From Magallana gigas (Eukaryota): a DNA stretch of 64,000 nucleotides. Under the pieces are notes generated by a model that saw only the letters and a list, made by a program, of their open reading frames with translations, was not told the origin of the DNA and did no database searches. Where the stretch lies: contig NC_088859.1 of assembly GCF_963853765.1 (NCBI RefSeq), forward strand, positions 33,170,001 through 33,234,000, written 5' to 3'. Positions 31,501-43,757 of this stretch are shown one piece after another. Both the position numbers and the translations under genes were made by a program. How positions within the stretch are numbered: the first letter of the stretch is position 1; each line of letters starts with the position of its first letter.

Positions 31501-32000
31501 CTTTTGAACGGTCTGTTTGTTGTGAATATGCCTGGGGCACGGATTAAAAATAAACATCCTCTTTCATCATATAAATATGTCCGATTTAGCACCATGGGAT
31601 GTCATTACTGTTATTATTAATGTGGGAGTTAGAGTTACGAACATGTCAGTGCTTTCTATATGAAAAAGTTGAATTCTTGTATCATAAACCATAATCATTA
31701 GAGTTACAAGATTTAGAATAACAAAGGTTTAGGATACAGAAATACAAAATAGTAATATGTAGGTTTACTTCTAGCCTCTTCTTTTTTGAGAAGTGGGCAG
31801 GCATAGCCTACTTCCGCTTCTCTTCGCAAGCCCTCAGATTTTGATTATGGAAAACGTGTAAATGTCGAAAGCAAAGACGGTTTACCCTTCAACCCATGTT
31901 TCAACTCCAGTTTCCCTGAATTTTCGTAATGGAACTATTATTTCTTCATTTTAAACATCATTGCATGCATACATGTATATCACAAATAAATCAACACTAA

Positions 32001-33316
32001 CATCCCTGCGAATGTTTTTGTCATTTAAATTTTAGACCACGTGGTTTTTTTTAACCCTTTCATTTTCGCAGTTAAAATTGTGCCTCGAGTTTAGAGTCTA
32101 TTTATAGTATCTTGGAATATAATATCTAGACGTTTATTGACTTTAAACTTTGTCTTCATTAAATGGTGGATAAAATAAGTTCTAGAATCAAAGTACTGAA
32201 GTACTGACGGGAGTTGATTTTATCGATTATCATTTATTTTAAAATCAGCGATATGTGATTTTGCTTGGTAAGTAGTATCAGTAATCGAAATATTTCTGAG
32301 AAATTGTATGGATCCAGGCAAGATTGAACTCTAGTTTTGTTCAACCAAACGCTCGGCTGTTTCCGTTTATCTCAGACAAGCAAGAGAGACTCTCTGTTTT
32401 GTCGGATATTAACGGAGACAGCCGAGCGTCTGGTTGAACGAGACTAGTACATTGAACCCTAGCGTAGGAATACATATGACTTCAAAAAATATCTAAACTG
32501 TTTGTACCATTAACAATCTTTCTATTTTCATGGTATTAATAAATAAGTTTTCTTTAAAAACAATGCTTTAGAATACATTGCGTCGAATTTATCGATTATT
32601 TTCTAGAACTAATTGATGTCAGCGGTATTGATTTGTGCTTTGGTCCAAACACTGTTTCACTTTCGGTTTGCCCGAGTGAGTGCATAGGAGAGTTGATTAA
32701 AATCAACTCCCAAAAATTGTGACAATAGACAAAAATAGTTTTTTTTCTGCTGTTGCAATAATTAACATACGTAGTAGCGAACCCCCTAAGATTAATTTTC
32801 AATCCGCACCTGAACTAGTAAAAGCATCAAAAGTGAAACAGATTATTATATATATTTATGCAAAATGTTCCTTGAAAATAGCTCGATATACTAAGTTTTT
32901 ATACAAAACAAGCACCTGTTCTTTTTTTTAAAAGCATGATATAGCACACAAGGAGCATCAAATATGGCTATGATTTATTAAGCAACAACCACGTGTAGAG
33001 TGGTTGAACACGAACGATAACTCTGTTCTGAATATCATCGCTTAATTCAAATAGTCGCTAGATGATAAAATAAGACATATGTCTTAATAGATTTTCATGT
33101 TTAAACACAAATCAAAGTAGCATATGATATGAAAAACGTCTAGTACTTACGTATTTTGAGAATGTTATCCGAACACTTATACTTCCGCTCGAAATTTCAC
33201 AGGAACTGAACAAATCTATCTCGGTGAAATCTCTTGAACTTTCATTCGAGCACCTCTTGATTTATTGCATACATAACAAAGATAAAGAAAACATTCCGAA
33301 CACATTCGCAGGGGTG
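32001..33316 (+). mobile_element. Non-autonomous element with CAC...GTG-type termini (copy 1)
   Basis: CATCCCTGCGAATGT ... ACATTCGCAGGGGTG, flanked by an ACTAA direct repeat. Homologous in reverse to 37790-38601. Contains a nested repeat at ~32190-32600. Confidence 0.75.
32331..32447. mobile_element. 117-bp palindromic MITE
   Basis: CTAGTTTTGTTCAACCAAACGCTCGGCTGTTTCCGTT is inverted against AACGGAGACAGCCGAGCGTCTGGTTGAACGAGACTAG. Confidence 0.75.
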
Positions 33317-34853
33317 ACTAACCAGCTGTCAAATCATTTTCTCGACTTCTCAAAAGAGAATAACTTCTAGCCGTTCCCATTTTTTCCTATCCTGCACAGT
33401 ACAACCAAACTTATCATTTTATAACTCAAAATCTAATAAACTTAAAATAAATTTACTCTATCACTTACTATTATTAATACAAACTTAAAAGAAGATGGGG
33501 GAACAAGATAGCGCAAATGCCCATTTGGTTTTGTCGTTAAAAAAACAATTTCAAATTAATTTTTTTCCAACCAAATATACTAGATGATATTAGATTACAA
33601 GTTTACAAAAGCATGATTTCTAACTATATTCCGTTTTAAATATTTTAACAAACGATAAGAAAAAAATAAATTCTAAAGTTTTGGTGGTATCGAACCCACA
33701 ACCTGATAACCCTAGCTCTATATAGTCATCTCATGTCTGGTGCTCTAACCTCTGAGCCATTTCAGTCACAACAAACATCATTGTTAAATGCTATATGCAA
33801 CTTCAACCACGAATTGACGGACTCGTAGTATTTCTCTTAAACGTTCAATTGTTGGGATACAAAATGACATTTTTAAAGTATAGTGGGTCATCTCTCCACG
33901 GTTTTGTTGATTGAAATCGGTTTGATTTCCTTTAAACCTCATATAGACTATGACAAAAATATGGAGCCCAGGCCCACTCTATAGAAGTTCTAAAAATGAC
34001 ACTATTTGGAGGTTTTGACACGCATACCCAGTATAAATCAACCTATTCTAAATATTGAACATATCTAAAGGTTATAAATCGATGTTATGGTAAATATACA
34101 TTGTTTTCAATAATTGAGAAAGAAAAAATATTAGATTTGTCATATTTTAATTCTATATTATCTTACCTATCCTCCTATGGGCAGTTTACACGCCTTATTC
34201 ACCCATCTTCTTTTAGTAAATGGTTACATGTATGAGTTTAATGATTTTCCAAAAAATAACATAGCATCAGCTAGTTACTTTTGTTCTTTTATGGAATAAA
34301 TAAAAAACGAAAAAAATGTGATTTTTTTTCTTGCTTAACAGCATAAACTCTAAAATGCTTATCTTAATTATGTTTTCAAAATCTGTAGAAAATGATATTA
34401 ACATTGGGTTCAGACTTTATTTTCAGCTTCAGGGAGAAGATTAGGTCCAGATCGAAAAAGGCTTTTGAACAGTTAATTAAATCACTAAATTTTCACTTAT
34501 TTTATTACAGTTGTTTAAACATTGAGTGATAGAATGTTATTTACATTTTTATCTACATTTCTGGGTCATGAATTCAGCATATCAAAACAAACTAATATGG
34601 ATGAATGTAAAATATATCCTACAGCCAATGTTTTTGATTCAATGCATAGATTTCATTGTTCTACTTCAATAAACATACCGTATAGGTTTATTTACTACGA
34701 TTAAAATAAAATTCTCTTATTTACAACAAGTTTAAAAATTGAAGACTACAACTTTATTCATAATTTAAGCATTCATTTTCTGTCTTCGTCAGTTTTTGTC
34801 GTTAATATGTGCAGTAACGAGAATGTCACATTGACATCTCTATGGGGATCCGT

Positions 34854-37800
34854 TCATCCCTCATAAATGTGTGCTTTTCGTCCCCTTACACCCAGGTCAG
34901 TGACTCGAAACACGGACCCAGAAAGCGGATATTTTTCAAATTCTTCTGACGAAACTTCATAGGCTGAAGAGGTGACATAAAGCTCATCTAAATTCTTCCC
35001 ACCAAAACAACAGGAAGTGATTCTCGAGGCCGATGGGATTTCAACATGCTGTAGTCGTTGTCCTGTAACAAAGTAGCCACAATCCGAAGAGTTATTTAGG
35101 AAGCCTATATCATTTGTTCAAATATAATTACTGTATACAGGGGAAATTTCGCCCCCGTTTTATGTTCACCCATTTCGCCCTCCTTGTCAGCGGGCGAATT
35201 TAAGACTAGGCGAATTCCATTTTGTCAAACCATCTCTTATTAAACATAATTGTGTATGGGAAAATTTCAGACGGGGCGAAACTCTTTGCAAGTTCAAAAG
35301 ATTTAACGGTGCGAAAATGAGCCAGTATACAGTATTTACAACTGAAATTAACTCTACCTGATGAAGACCTGTTAAGGGGTAGACGATATAAAACTTGAAA
35401 ATAAGTAAACCATGCTATACCCGTTTCTGGATCGTATCTGATGACTTTACTGGCTGCGAAACACGCTACCCAGAGCTTGTCTTCTTGGTCAACAGTCATA
35501 CCGTCAGGAAAACCGCAGTCATCCAACGGCTTCCCCGCATTGTCTACAATCACTCTCTGGTTGGCTGTTTGTTTTATAGAAATTAAGAAACTGTATTAAT
35601 TTTTGACAAAAGGATAAACTTTCATGCTCAGTGAGTAGAAAGTGGTTCGATTTTAGGATACATACAAATGTTTCCTGTTGATTTGTCAAAATCGTAGCGA
35701 TAGATTTGGCGCGGCGTAGAGTCAATGAAGAACATGGATTTGTTGTCCGCTGTCCACGCAAGACCATTAGAAATGCCAACATTTTTTACCATTGTATGTA
35801 AACTGCCATCCAAGTCCAGTCGATACAAGCTTCCAATCTTGGGCATACCTTCAATGGTGGGAACCATTGGGCCCATCGTTCCTACAATTTAAACTCTTTG
35901 CAATGCAGTCTTTGCTTTCCAGGTGCATGTTTATTAAAATTCAACCCTTTTATCAAGCTGTGTTTCTAATATAAGTATGTATGAATGCATACCCGCCCAG
36001 ACCCTTCCCTGGGGGTCACATTTGCCGTCATTGAAGCGTGTCTGCAGTCCATGGTCCACCTCGTGAAGTTTGGTCACTTTCTTGGAGTCCCAGTCCAAGT
36101 GGACCAGACAACGTCCTACTCCAGCAATCAGTCCCCCTTTTCTGGCAGGAACCACAAATCCCACATTCTCATCTAAAAAGTTTATTTTTCATTTTTTCTT
36201 AAGAAAAGACAGGGGAAGGTAAAGAAAGTTTGAAATGGATGACAATGCAACGTTAAAATTTCACTTTGACTATGACAGATGTCATTTTGTCCTTTTGTTA
36301 TGAATTAATAGAGATATTTGAATGTAGAAATACATCCCCGCAAACTAAAAGTCGGTGATACACTGTAATTATTTGGGCCTTTCGTCCACCCCTCTGTGAT
36401 TCTGTCTGTATGTGACAGAATTGTTTTTTGACGATATCTTAAAGCTGCTTGGTCCGATTTTATATCAAATTTTATGCACGCTATTAAACGATGGCTATGC
36501 TTAGTATATGTATAATAATAGACATTGCAGTAGTTTTACCCGTCAATTATGCCAAATTTCAATGAAGAAAAATACGTACAAAATTTGCAAACAAAACAAA
36601 CGACATTAAAAGGTACTGCGTTATTTCGCCTCATGTTCAATTTCACCCCTGACGACGAGACGGGTATGGTTGTATTACGAATTTGACATCGCTTTAAATA
36701 AAGGTCGAAATGATCAGACAAATTACAAATAAACATGTGTACGTTTTGTTCGCTAATATTTCTAAAGTCTGCTTTCTTTACAATCGATGCATAGCGTGCG
36801 GGTTGAATAACCCCAATCATTCGGGGGACGAAACCAAGCGGTTTCCTTTTCTAAACATTCCCGTGATGCATTTTGGTTTGTTTTTTCGTTTGCCCAAAGA
36901 GAAATTATTTTTATTTACTTTCAATATTTCTAACTTTGAAAGGAGACTGATTCTGCTTGTGTAAATAGGAGAAAGTCCATAGCTTTCTAAGATATATGAT
37001 TTGTATGGAAAAAAAATCAGATACTGTAATTACAAAAAAATCGGACCAAGCAGCTTTAAAAACCTTTGAGTATCTGCAATGAACTTTTTATCTTAACACC
37101 CCTTAGCCTAAAGGAGATCCCAACTATATGATCAAAGGTTAAGTAAATACATCTCCAGTTTTACATACCGGTTTACAATAGAACACAATAAACAGGCTAT
37201 ATGTTGTTAAAGAGAATCATTCATAGACAGGCCGATTCTCGTGTTGCACATTCTTCTTTTTTTCCCTTAAAGTTGAACACTTAGTCTACTCATAAATAGG
37301 CATCGTCACACGCGTATATAAACCTTTCGATTTCGTTACATACGATTCACCCATGCGAATGTGTTCGGAATGTTTTCTTTATCGTTGCTAAGAATGTAAT
37401 AAATCCAGAGGTGCTCGCATGAAAGTTCACGAGACTTCACCGAACTTTGTTTAAGTCCTGTGAAATTTCGAGCGGAAGTGTAATTCTAAACCAGTGAAAG
37501 TATTCCAATTTTAATGTACTTTAATCCACATTAAAATCGACAGATGTCCCACACCACCTTAAGCGAAGGACACAATTCTCAGAATTAGCTTGATCAGAAA
37601 TGGTTCAGGATGTCATCAGTTTAAAAAAGAATAGTTATAGTATCCTGATTAAAAAGTCGGAGGCACACCTGCTCACGTGTTGAAAAAAATGTGAAATACT
37701 CATTATTTTATTTTCAACATGCAACATAAGAACACACTGCACATGATACACGTTAGGAGGTCCTCTACGAGAATACGTGGTACTCGTATCACCCCTGCGA

Positions 37801-38972
37801 ATGTGTTCGGAATGTTTTCTTTATCGTTGCTAAGAATATAATAAATCCAGAGGTGCTCGAATGAAAGTTCACGAGACTTCACCGAGAATTGTTCAGTTCC
37901 TGTGAAATTTCAAGCGAAAGTATATGTGCTCGGATAATATTCTCAAAATACGTAAGTACTGGTCCTTTTTCATATCATATCCTGCTTCGAGTTATGTTAA
38001 AACATAAAAATCGTCTAAGATGTATGTTTTATTTTACTACCTAGCGGTTATTTAAATTAAACGATGATATTCAGAACAGAGTTATCGTTCGTGTTCAACC
38101 ACGTGTAGAGTGGTTAAAAATATAAACATTGGGTTGACTTAAAATCATAACCATGTTTGATGCTTGTTGTGTGCAATACCATGTTTTTAAAAAAATAATG
38201 TGTGTCTGTTTTGCATAAAAACTTAGTATATTGAGCCATTTTCAAGGAACATTCTGCATAAAATAGTACAGTCGGTTTCACTATTGATTCTATTACTAGG
38301 TCAGGCGCGGATCGAAAAAAAAACCCTAAGGGGGATCTCTTCCAATCATGTTTATTGTTGCAACAGCAGAAAAAAACTATTTTTTTGTATTGTCACATTT
38401 ATTTCTAGAACACATTTTATCCACCAATTAATGACGATAAAATTTAAAGTCAATAAACCTCTAGGTTTTATATTGATTACAAGCACCTAGATTCTCTGAA
38501 ATAGACTATTAACACGAGGCACGGTTTTAACTGCGAAACTGAAAGGGTCAAATAAAACCACGTGGTCTAAAATTTAAATGACAATAACATTCGCAGGGGT
38601 GGTATGCAGTTACAGATAACAGAGGCGTGTTCAGCAAAGCGAGCGCTCGGGAACGCTCGCTAAAATTTTTGTTGCAGGTATAGGGAATTTGGCGAGCGCT
38701 TGCTCGATTGAACACGCCTCGGGTAAATCAGAGTTCTACACGTGGACACGTAGACGAAAACAATATCTTAGTAAATATTTCCCTAGCCATAGGTAATACT
38801 CTTGTTTATATTTACCTAACTGAATGACGTCGACAGTTCCCGTCTCAGGGTGATATCTATGAACGGTGTTTTCAAGTATGTCCACGAAAAGAAGTGTGTT
38901 GGTGACGTCATCCCAATGAGGACCCTCTGCAGCGGATTTTGCTGCATGTTTGACCACACATTCAACAGCCAT
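34854..38972 (-). CDS. RGN: Regucalcin paralog RGN-4, 301 aa
   Basis: Exons 38972-38816, 36172-35993, 35881-35666, 35564-35421 and 35062-34854; GT-AG, phase 1, in frame (906 nt). Confidence 0.92.
36443..37055. mobile_element. TTAA-flanked MITE in RGN-4 intron 1
   Basis: TTAA|AGCTGCTTGGTCCGATTTT ... AAAATCGGACCAAGCAGCT|TTAA. Confidence 0.85.
37790..38601 (-). mobile_element. Non-autonomous element with CAC...GTG termini (copy 2), in RGN-4 intron 1
   Basis: CACCCCTGCGAATGT ... ACATTCGCAGGGGTG, flanked by a GTAT direct repeat. A partial duplicate of its left end lies at ~37350-37480. Confidence 0.8.
38622..38720. mobile_element. 99-bp mini-MITE
   Basis: GAGGCGTGTTCA ... TGAACACGCCTC TIRs with internal GCGAGCGCT repeats. 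Confidence 0.65.
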
Positions 38973-40917
38973 TTTAAAATCTTTGTCTAGGGGGAAATTA
39001 AAACCAGGGCATCAGTAATGCATGTATAGTACGTACACTGACTTATCGGACGCGGTTTGTATGTCAATAATCTTGTGAACTAGATAGCTCGTCGCGAGTA
39101 CAAACACAGTGTTTTCTTGAACAGCTGCTGTGATATCGTACTGAAACCTCGTTTCCCTGCAGAGTATAAGAGCTAGTCTGGTATAATTACTTACCCGGGC
39201 AACAATACACGTTTGTGGTTGAAATTGTCAACTTGTTTTGATAAGATTTTACAGCTAATATTAAAGAATAACGAATTGTTGCACATTGTTTTCATTTCTA
39301 AACATTTTCTTACCACCCCCCCCCCCCTTCCTCCTAGTGTTTAATTGTATAGAGATATAACATATCTATTCTATGGATTGACTTGGTTTTATGTTCTTTA
39401 TATTTTAAATGCATTAAAGTTAAAAAAAAACCAACCCAGTTCTACTTTTTTTTATCTTTAGCTTAGTACCATTTTAAGAAAGTTCGATGGTTGTGGCCAT
39501 TTTTAGACTATAATGATCTCCTTAAGATGAAGAACTCTATATAAAGATATAGGAAAATACTCAACATTTAAGCTAATAAATATGGATTTTATTTTACAAC
39601 ATAAAAGTTGATAGCTTAAAACAGCATTTCTTAAAACTAAAGGTAGATCTGAAGGTTAATGTGTTGACCACACAGCCTCTTGAACAGCCGACTGGTTCTT
39701 AGACTTTCCTTTCAATCCCAGGATACTGACATACATACTAGGTTCATCATGTCAAGTGTCTGTCTAGAGCCGAATGTAAGACATATCATTTTATTTATCT
39801 GAGGATCTCGATAAAGCGTCACAGATAACAAGAATTGTAGTTTTTCATGTGAGGAATTTTTTTTTAATGAAAAAGTATTGGAATTCCAATTCAGAATCCT
39901 TTCCAACTTTTGCAACCATGTTTTGAATACACTTAAAACTTACTTTCAAAACATGCTTAATCAGTTCCATATTAAGTCTTGTTCTCTATGATGCTACAAT
40001 GTATAAATTTAATCATCCATACATAAAATTATTCCAAGAGACTAATGGGCCTTTAAGTTTACCTAGATAAAATACAACCTTATAAAGAATCCACAGAAAT
40101 GTATGTAAATAATTACAATAAATTCCTGTGCCTCTTTTAGTGAATAGGGGTATAATAAATAGATAGACAGATATGCAGTATGGTTGATAGATCTAAATAG
40201 TATTCCTGACATAGTAAATTGTACATTTTTTTGGTCGGGAGTAAAGATGAACTGCTAATTGTTTTATTCTATTTAACCCTTTGCATGACCTGTAGAGCAG
40301 TAAATTAACGCAAGAACTATCAGCAAATGAGTTTTAAATTTTACAATTTGGTTGAGGCCTCATTGCGCACTCAAGTTATACACTCAATTTGTCTTTTACG
40401 TGTCCAGAATTCATCATCAGATTTCTAAAGTTTCATACCTTTTCAAAATAAAAAAAAAAAAGGTTAAAATCTTTAGCCCGTTAGCTTGCAACATGTGAAA
40501 GAGTCAAGAAAAAAAATTCTTATGTATAACATTGTCCTTATTTTACCAACATTCTTGAGCTGGGGTTCAAGAATTTTGTTTAGAAGTCATTTCCATTTTA
40601 ATTTTTTTTCGATGAGAAATTCTGCTAAATACAAGTTCCTCTTACCTGCCTATATATACTTGTACATGTAGTTATTAAATAAAGAAATTTACGAAGAGTT
40701 TTTTTGTTGTTCATTTCTTACAATTTCGATGCAACACAATTCTCTTTCACTGCAACTACAAATAAATAACTTGAAGTCAGAACACTAACCAGCATCACTT
40801 TACCATATCATATACCACTTAAAAATCCCAATTCCTTTTGGGGAAATATCAAATAAAAATGTAATAACACAGGATGGGATCAAGGTTGTTTATTACAAGT
40901 AAATTGTAATAAGAGTG

Positions 40918-41399
40918 TTATTGGACGCTGAGATTGACATATTTCTCCAGCCTCTCCATCTCTTTATGGGCGACTTCGATCTTCTTCTGGATGAGGGCCT
41001 CTTCCCTTCTCTGCTGAGCCAGCTTCTGTTTCTGGGACTGGACCTTTTCCTGGTCGTCTGTTAAACAGAAATGTTTTAGAAACATCGTGTTCGCAAACCA
41101 ATACGATTATCAACTGGTTTTACTGTATTAAATTAGGTAAAATGACCCCATAACCAATCCCACTGTATTAACCTACCCCTCCATTTTTCAAAATCCTCTT
41201 TCTTGAGCTCTGTCAATCTACTTGGTGGCATCTTTCGCTCCTCCTCGGAGACAAACATCAGACCGAAGGCCAGCCCACCTTTCTTCTCCGTCACATCCTC
41301 AGTGACCATTGCACGGCGCACCTTCTCGTACACCTCCGCCTCCTCCTTCATCACTCCCACCTTGTTATTTTTCGCAAAACAACTCTGCAGCAGCCCCAT
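40918..41399 (-). CDS. Small stathmin-domain-like coiled-coil protein, copy A, 120 aa
   Basis: Exons 41399-41177 and 41057-40918, GT-AG phase 1, open to TAA. The [11 protein letters not shown] motif followed by a charged helix resembles the KPPSRL region of STMND1/stathmin proteins. The family call is from memory, not a search. Confidence 0.75.
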
Positions 41400-41580
41400 A
41401 TTGATGTACACAACTTGACTACATCAATCGTCGAGACCAATTGTGACGTCACAATAAGTCCCCAATTATGACGTTGCCCATTCGGGATGTTACAACAAAT
41501 AATGCAACCTCATAGAGGATGACGTCACACTTGTGTCTTCATCTATAATTTGTTGATAGAAACCGTCCGGTTGTGTAGAT
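41400..41580. promoter_or_regulatory. Putative bidirectional promoter between the inverted gene pair
   Basis: Only 181 bp separate the two divergent ATGs. Perfect CRE sites TGACGTCA at 41444-41451 and 41520-41527, plus a TGACG half-site at 41469. Confidence 0.55.
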
Positions 41581-42091
41581 ATGGGATTGTTGCAGAGTTG
41601 TTTCGCAAAAAATAACAAGGTGGGAGTGATGAAAGAGGAGGCAGAGGTGTACGAGAAGGTGCGCCGTGCAATGGTCACTGAGGACGTGACGGAGAAGAAG
41701 GGTGGGCTGGCCTTCGGTCTGACGTTTGTCTCTGAGGAGGAGCCAAAGATGCCACCACGCAGATTAACAGAGCTCAAGAAAGAGAATTTTGAAAAATGGC
41801 GGGGTAGGTTTCTGCAATCTAATTCTTCGGAAATCTATGTACATGTAATATACTAGAAAGCAATTACTAGTAGTTTGATTGAAAAATTATTTGTACAAGC
41901 TTCCATATGCGTGTACAAGTTTAATAAATCGTTTTGTTTTCTTCTCAACAGACGATCAGGAAAAGGTCCAGTCCCAGAAACAGAAGCTGGCTCAGCAGAG
42001 AAGGGAGGAGGCCCTCATCCAGAAGAAGATCGAAGTCGCTCATAAAGAGATGGAGAGGCTGGAGAAATATGTCAATCTCGGCGTCCAATAA
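41581..42091 (+). CDS. Small stathmin-domain-like coiled-coil protein, copy B, 120 aa
   Basis: Exons 41581-41803 and 41952-42091. Protein: [120 protein letters not shown]. Confidence 0.75.
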
Positions 42092-43029
42092 CTGTGTTAT
42101 TACAATTTACTTGTAATAAACAATTTTGATCCCAAACCTGTTTTCTCTTCTTTTTTGGTTGATGTATACTATATGTATTCCGTATGAATCGACATAGAAT
42201 AAGATGTGGTTAAAGTGAAGTTAACACAATCTTTATTCTTCGCCTGCACATAGTACATGTGCGTCTTATCTTATTGTACTTTAAAAATAACAACTGACTA
42301 CCTTTATCTGTATCAGTTTATTGTAAATTGAAATGAAAGCATATTTAACGAGAACATTTTGTCATTGTAAAATGAAGCGTGTTAGTATAATATTTCGTCC
42401 TATGATGCGACAAGATGAAACTTTTAAAATAAAAAGGTTGTGGGGTTGGGGATTTACAATGTAAAAGTATAAGTGAAAAAAAAAAACATACCAGTATGAA
42501 AATAAAAAAAGCTTTGTGTTCACCAATACCTAGAGCCATAGCTATGGTGGAATATATTTCATACCAAGCTCAATATTCATGTCAGTGCGGCAGACTATAG
42601 TTGGCATTTTTTAAACTGTGTAGTTCAGCAGCACTTTAGCTTGTAAGGATGTACATTGTACTATAGGCATTGCTACAAAAACAAAATCTCTAGACTCTAG
42701 GGATATATTGGTATTCCCCGACAATTCCTCTGAGGCAAAATTGCCAAATAAATATGCATATTTAGCTTTTCTTTAAATCACTTCTCATGTAAAACCCAAT
42801 ATCTCTATTGCACTAAGAGGGCACAATTGCAACACAGAATCAATATTTACATGTACGTAGATTTCAAAAAGTGGAACATCTCATCGACTTGTCGATAAAC
42901 TTTACATAATTGTTCATTCAATTATTTAATTATCTTTTGTTTTTAACAAAACAATCTGACATCAAAGTTTATTATGTAATGAACATAATACTTGTTCACA
43001 TAATATTCTGTGCACCTCTCCCTCATCTT

Positions 43030-43712
43030 TTATTGAACAGTTACACTGCCTTCATAAACATTGGCGGGAAAACCTTTGACCCCTAATCCTTTGACCCGGA
43101 AGAGGGAACCAGATAAGGGAAACTCTTTCATTTCCTCTTCCGGTGCTTCATAAGCAGACGTTGTTACGTAAAGTTCGTTCAAACCCTTTCCTCCAAAACA
43201 ACACGATGTTATTCTTGACGCTGGGAATTCCACAGACTGCATGGGCTCACCTGTTGATGTGAATTGTAAAGCATTATCAAGATTTTTCTCTCTCTATTTC
43301 TTTCCACGTAACTGTTCATATTCGAACAAGCAAATCATTTGAATTAATATCTTTGATTATAATGTTTCATTCAATTCATATATATTACAATTGAATTTAA
43401 TATATAGTACAGTGTTTTGTGTAGCATTGTGTAACAATCACAAATATAGTAGTTTCATCAGGGTTCTTCCAAAATTCAACGATATACATGTGCATGTAAA
43501 AACCTTTAATGGTCTTCAATTCATGTGCGCATCTACAGGAGAAAATGGGTTCAAAACCGACTTTCCCTAAACCGCACACACCTGGAAAAGTTACCAAATT
43601 CACATCGTAAGCTACCGCAAACCCCCATCCCCATGCTATCATATTATCGTCAGACTTGCACAATAAGTTTACGGACACAATACATTTACGTACATCAGAA
43701 CGTGGTATGCGT

Positions 43713-43757
<45 letters not shown>

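Noticed and set aside
41490-41777. Antisense ORFs MSSVNL... (also 41203-41418)
   Set aside because: They are shadow frames opposite the stathmin-like exons and have no independent features.
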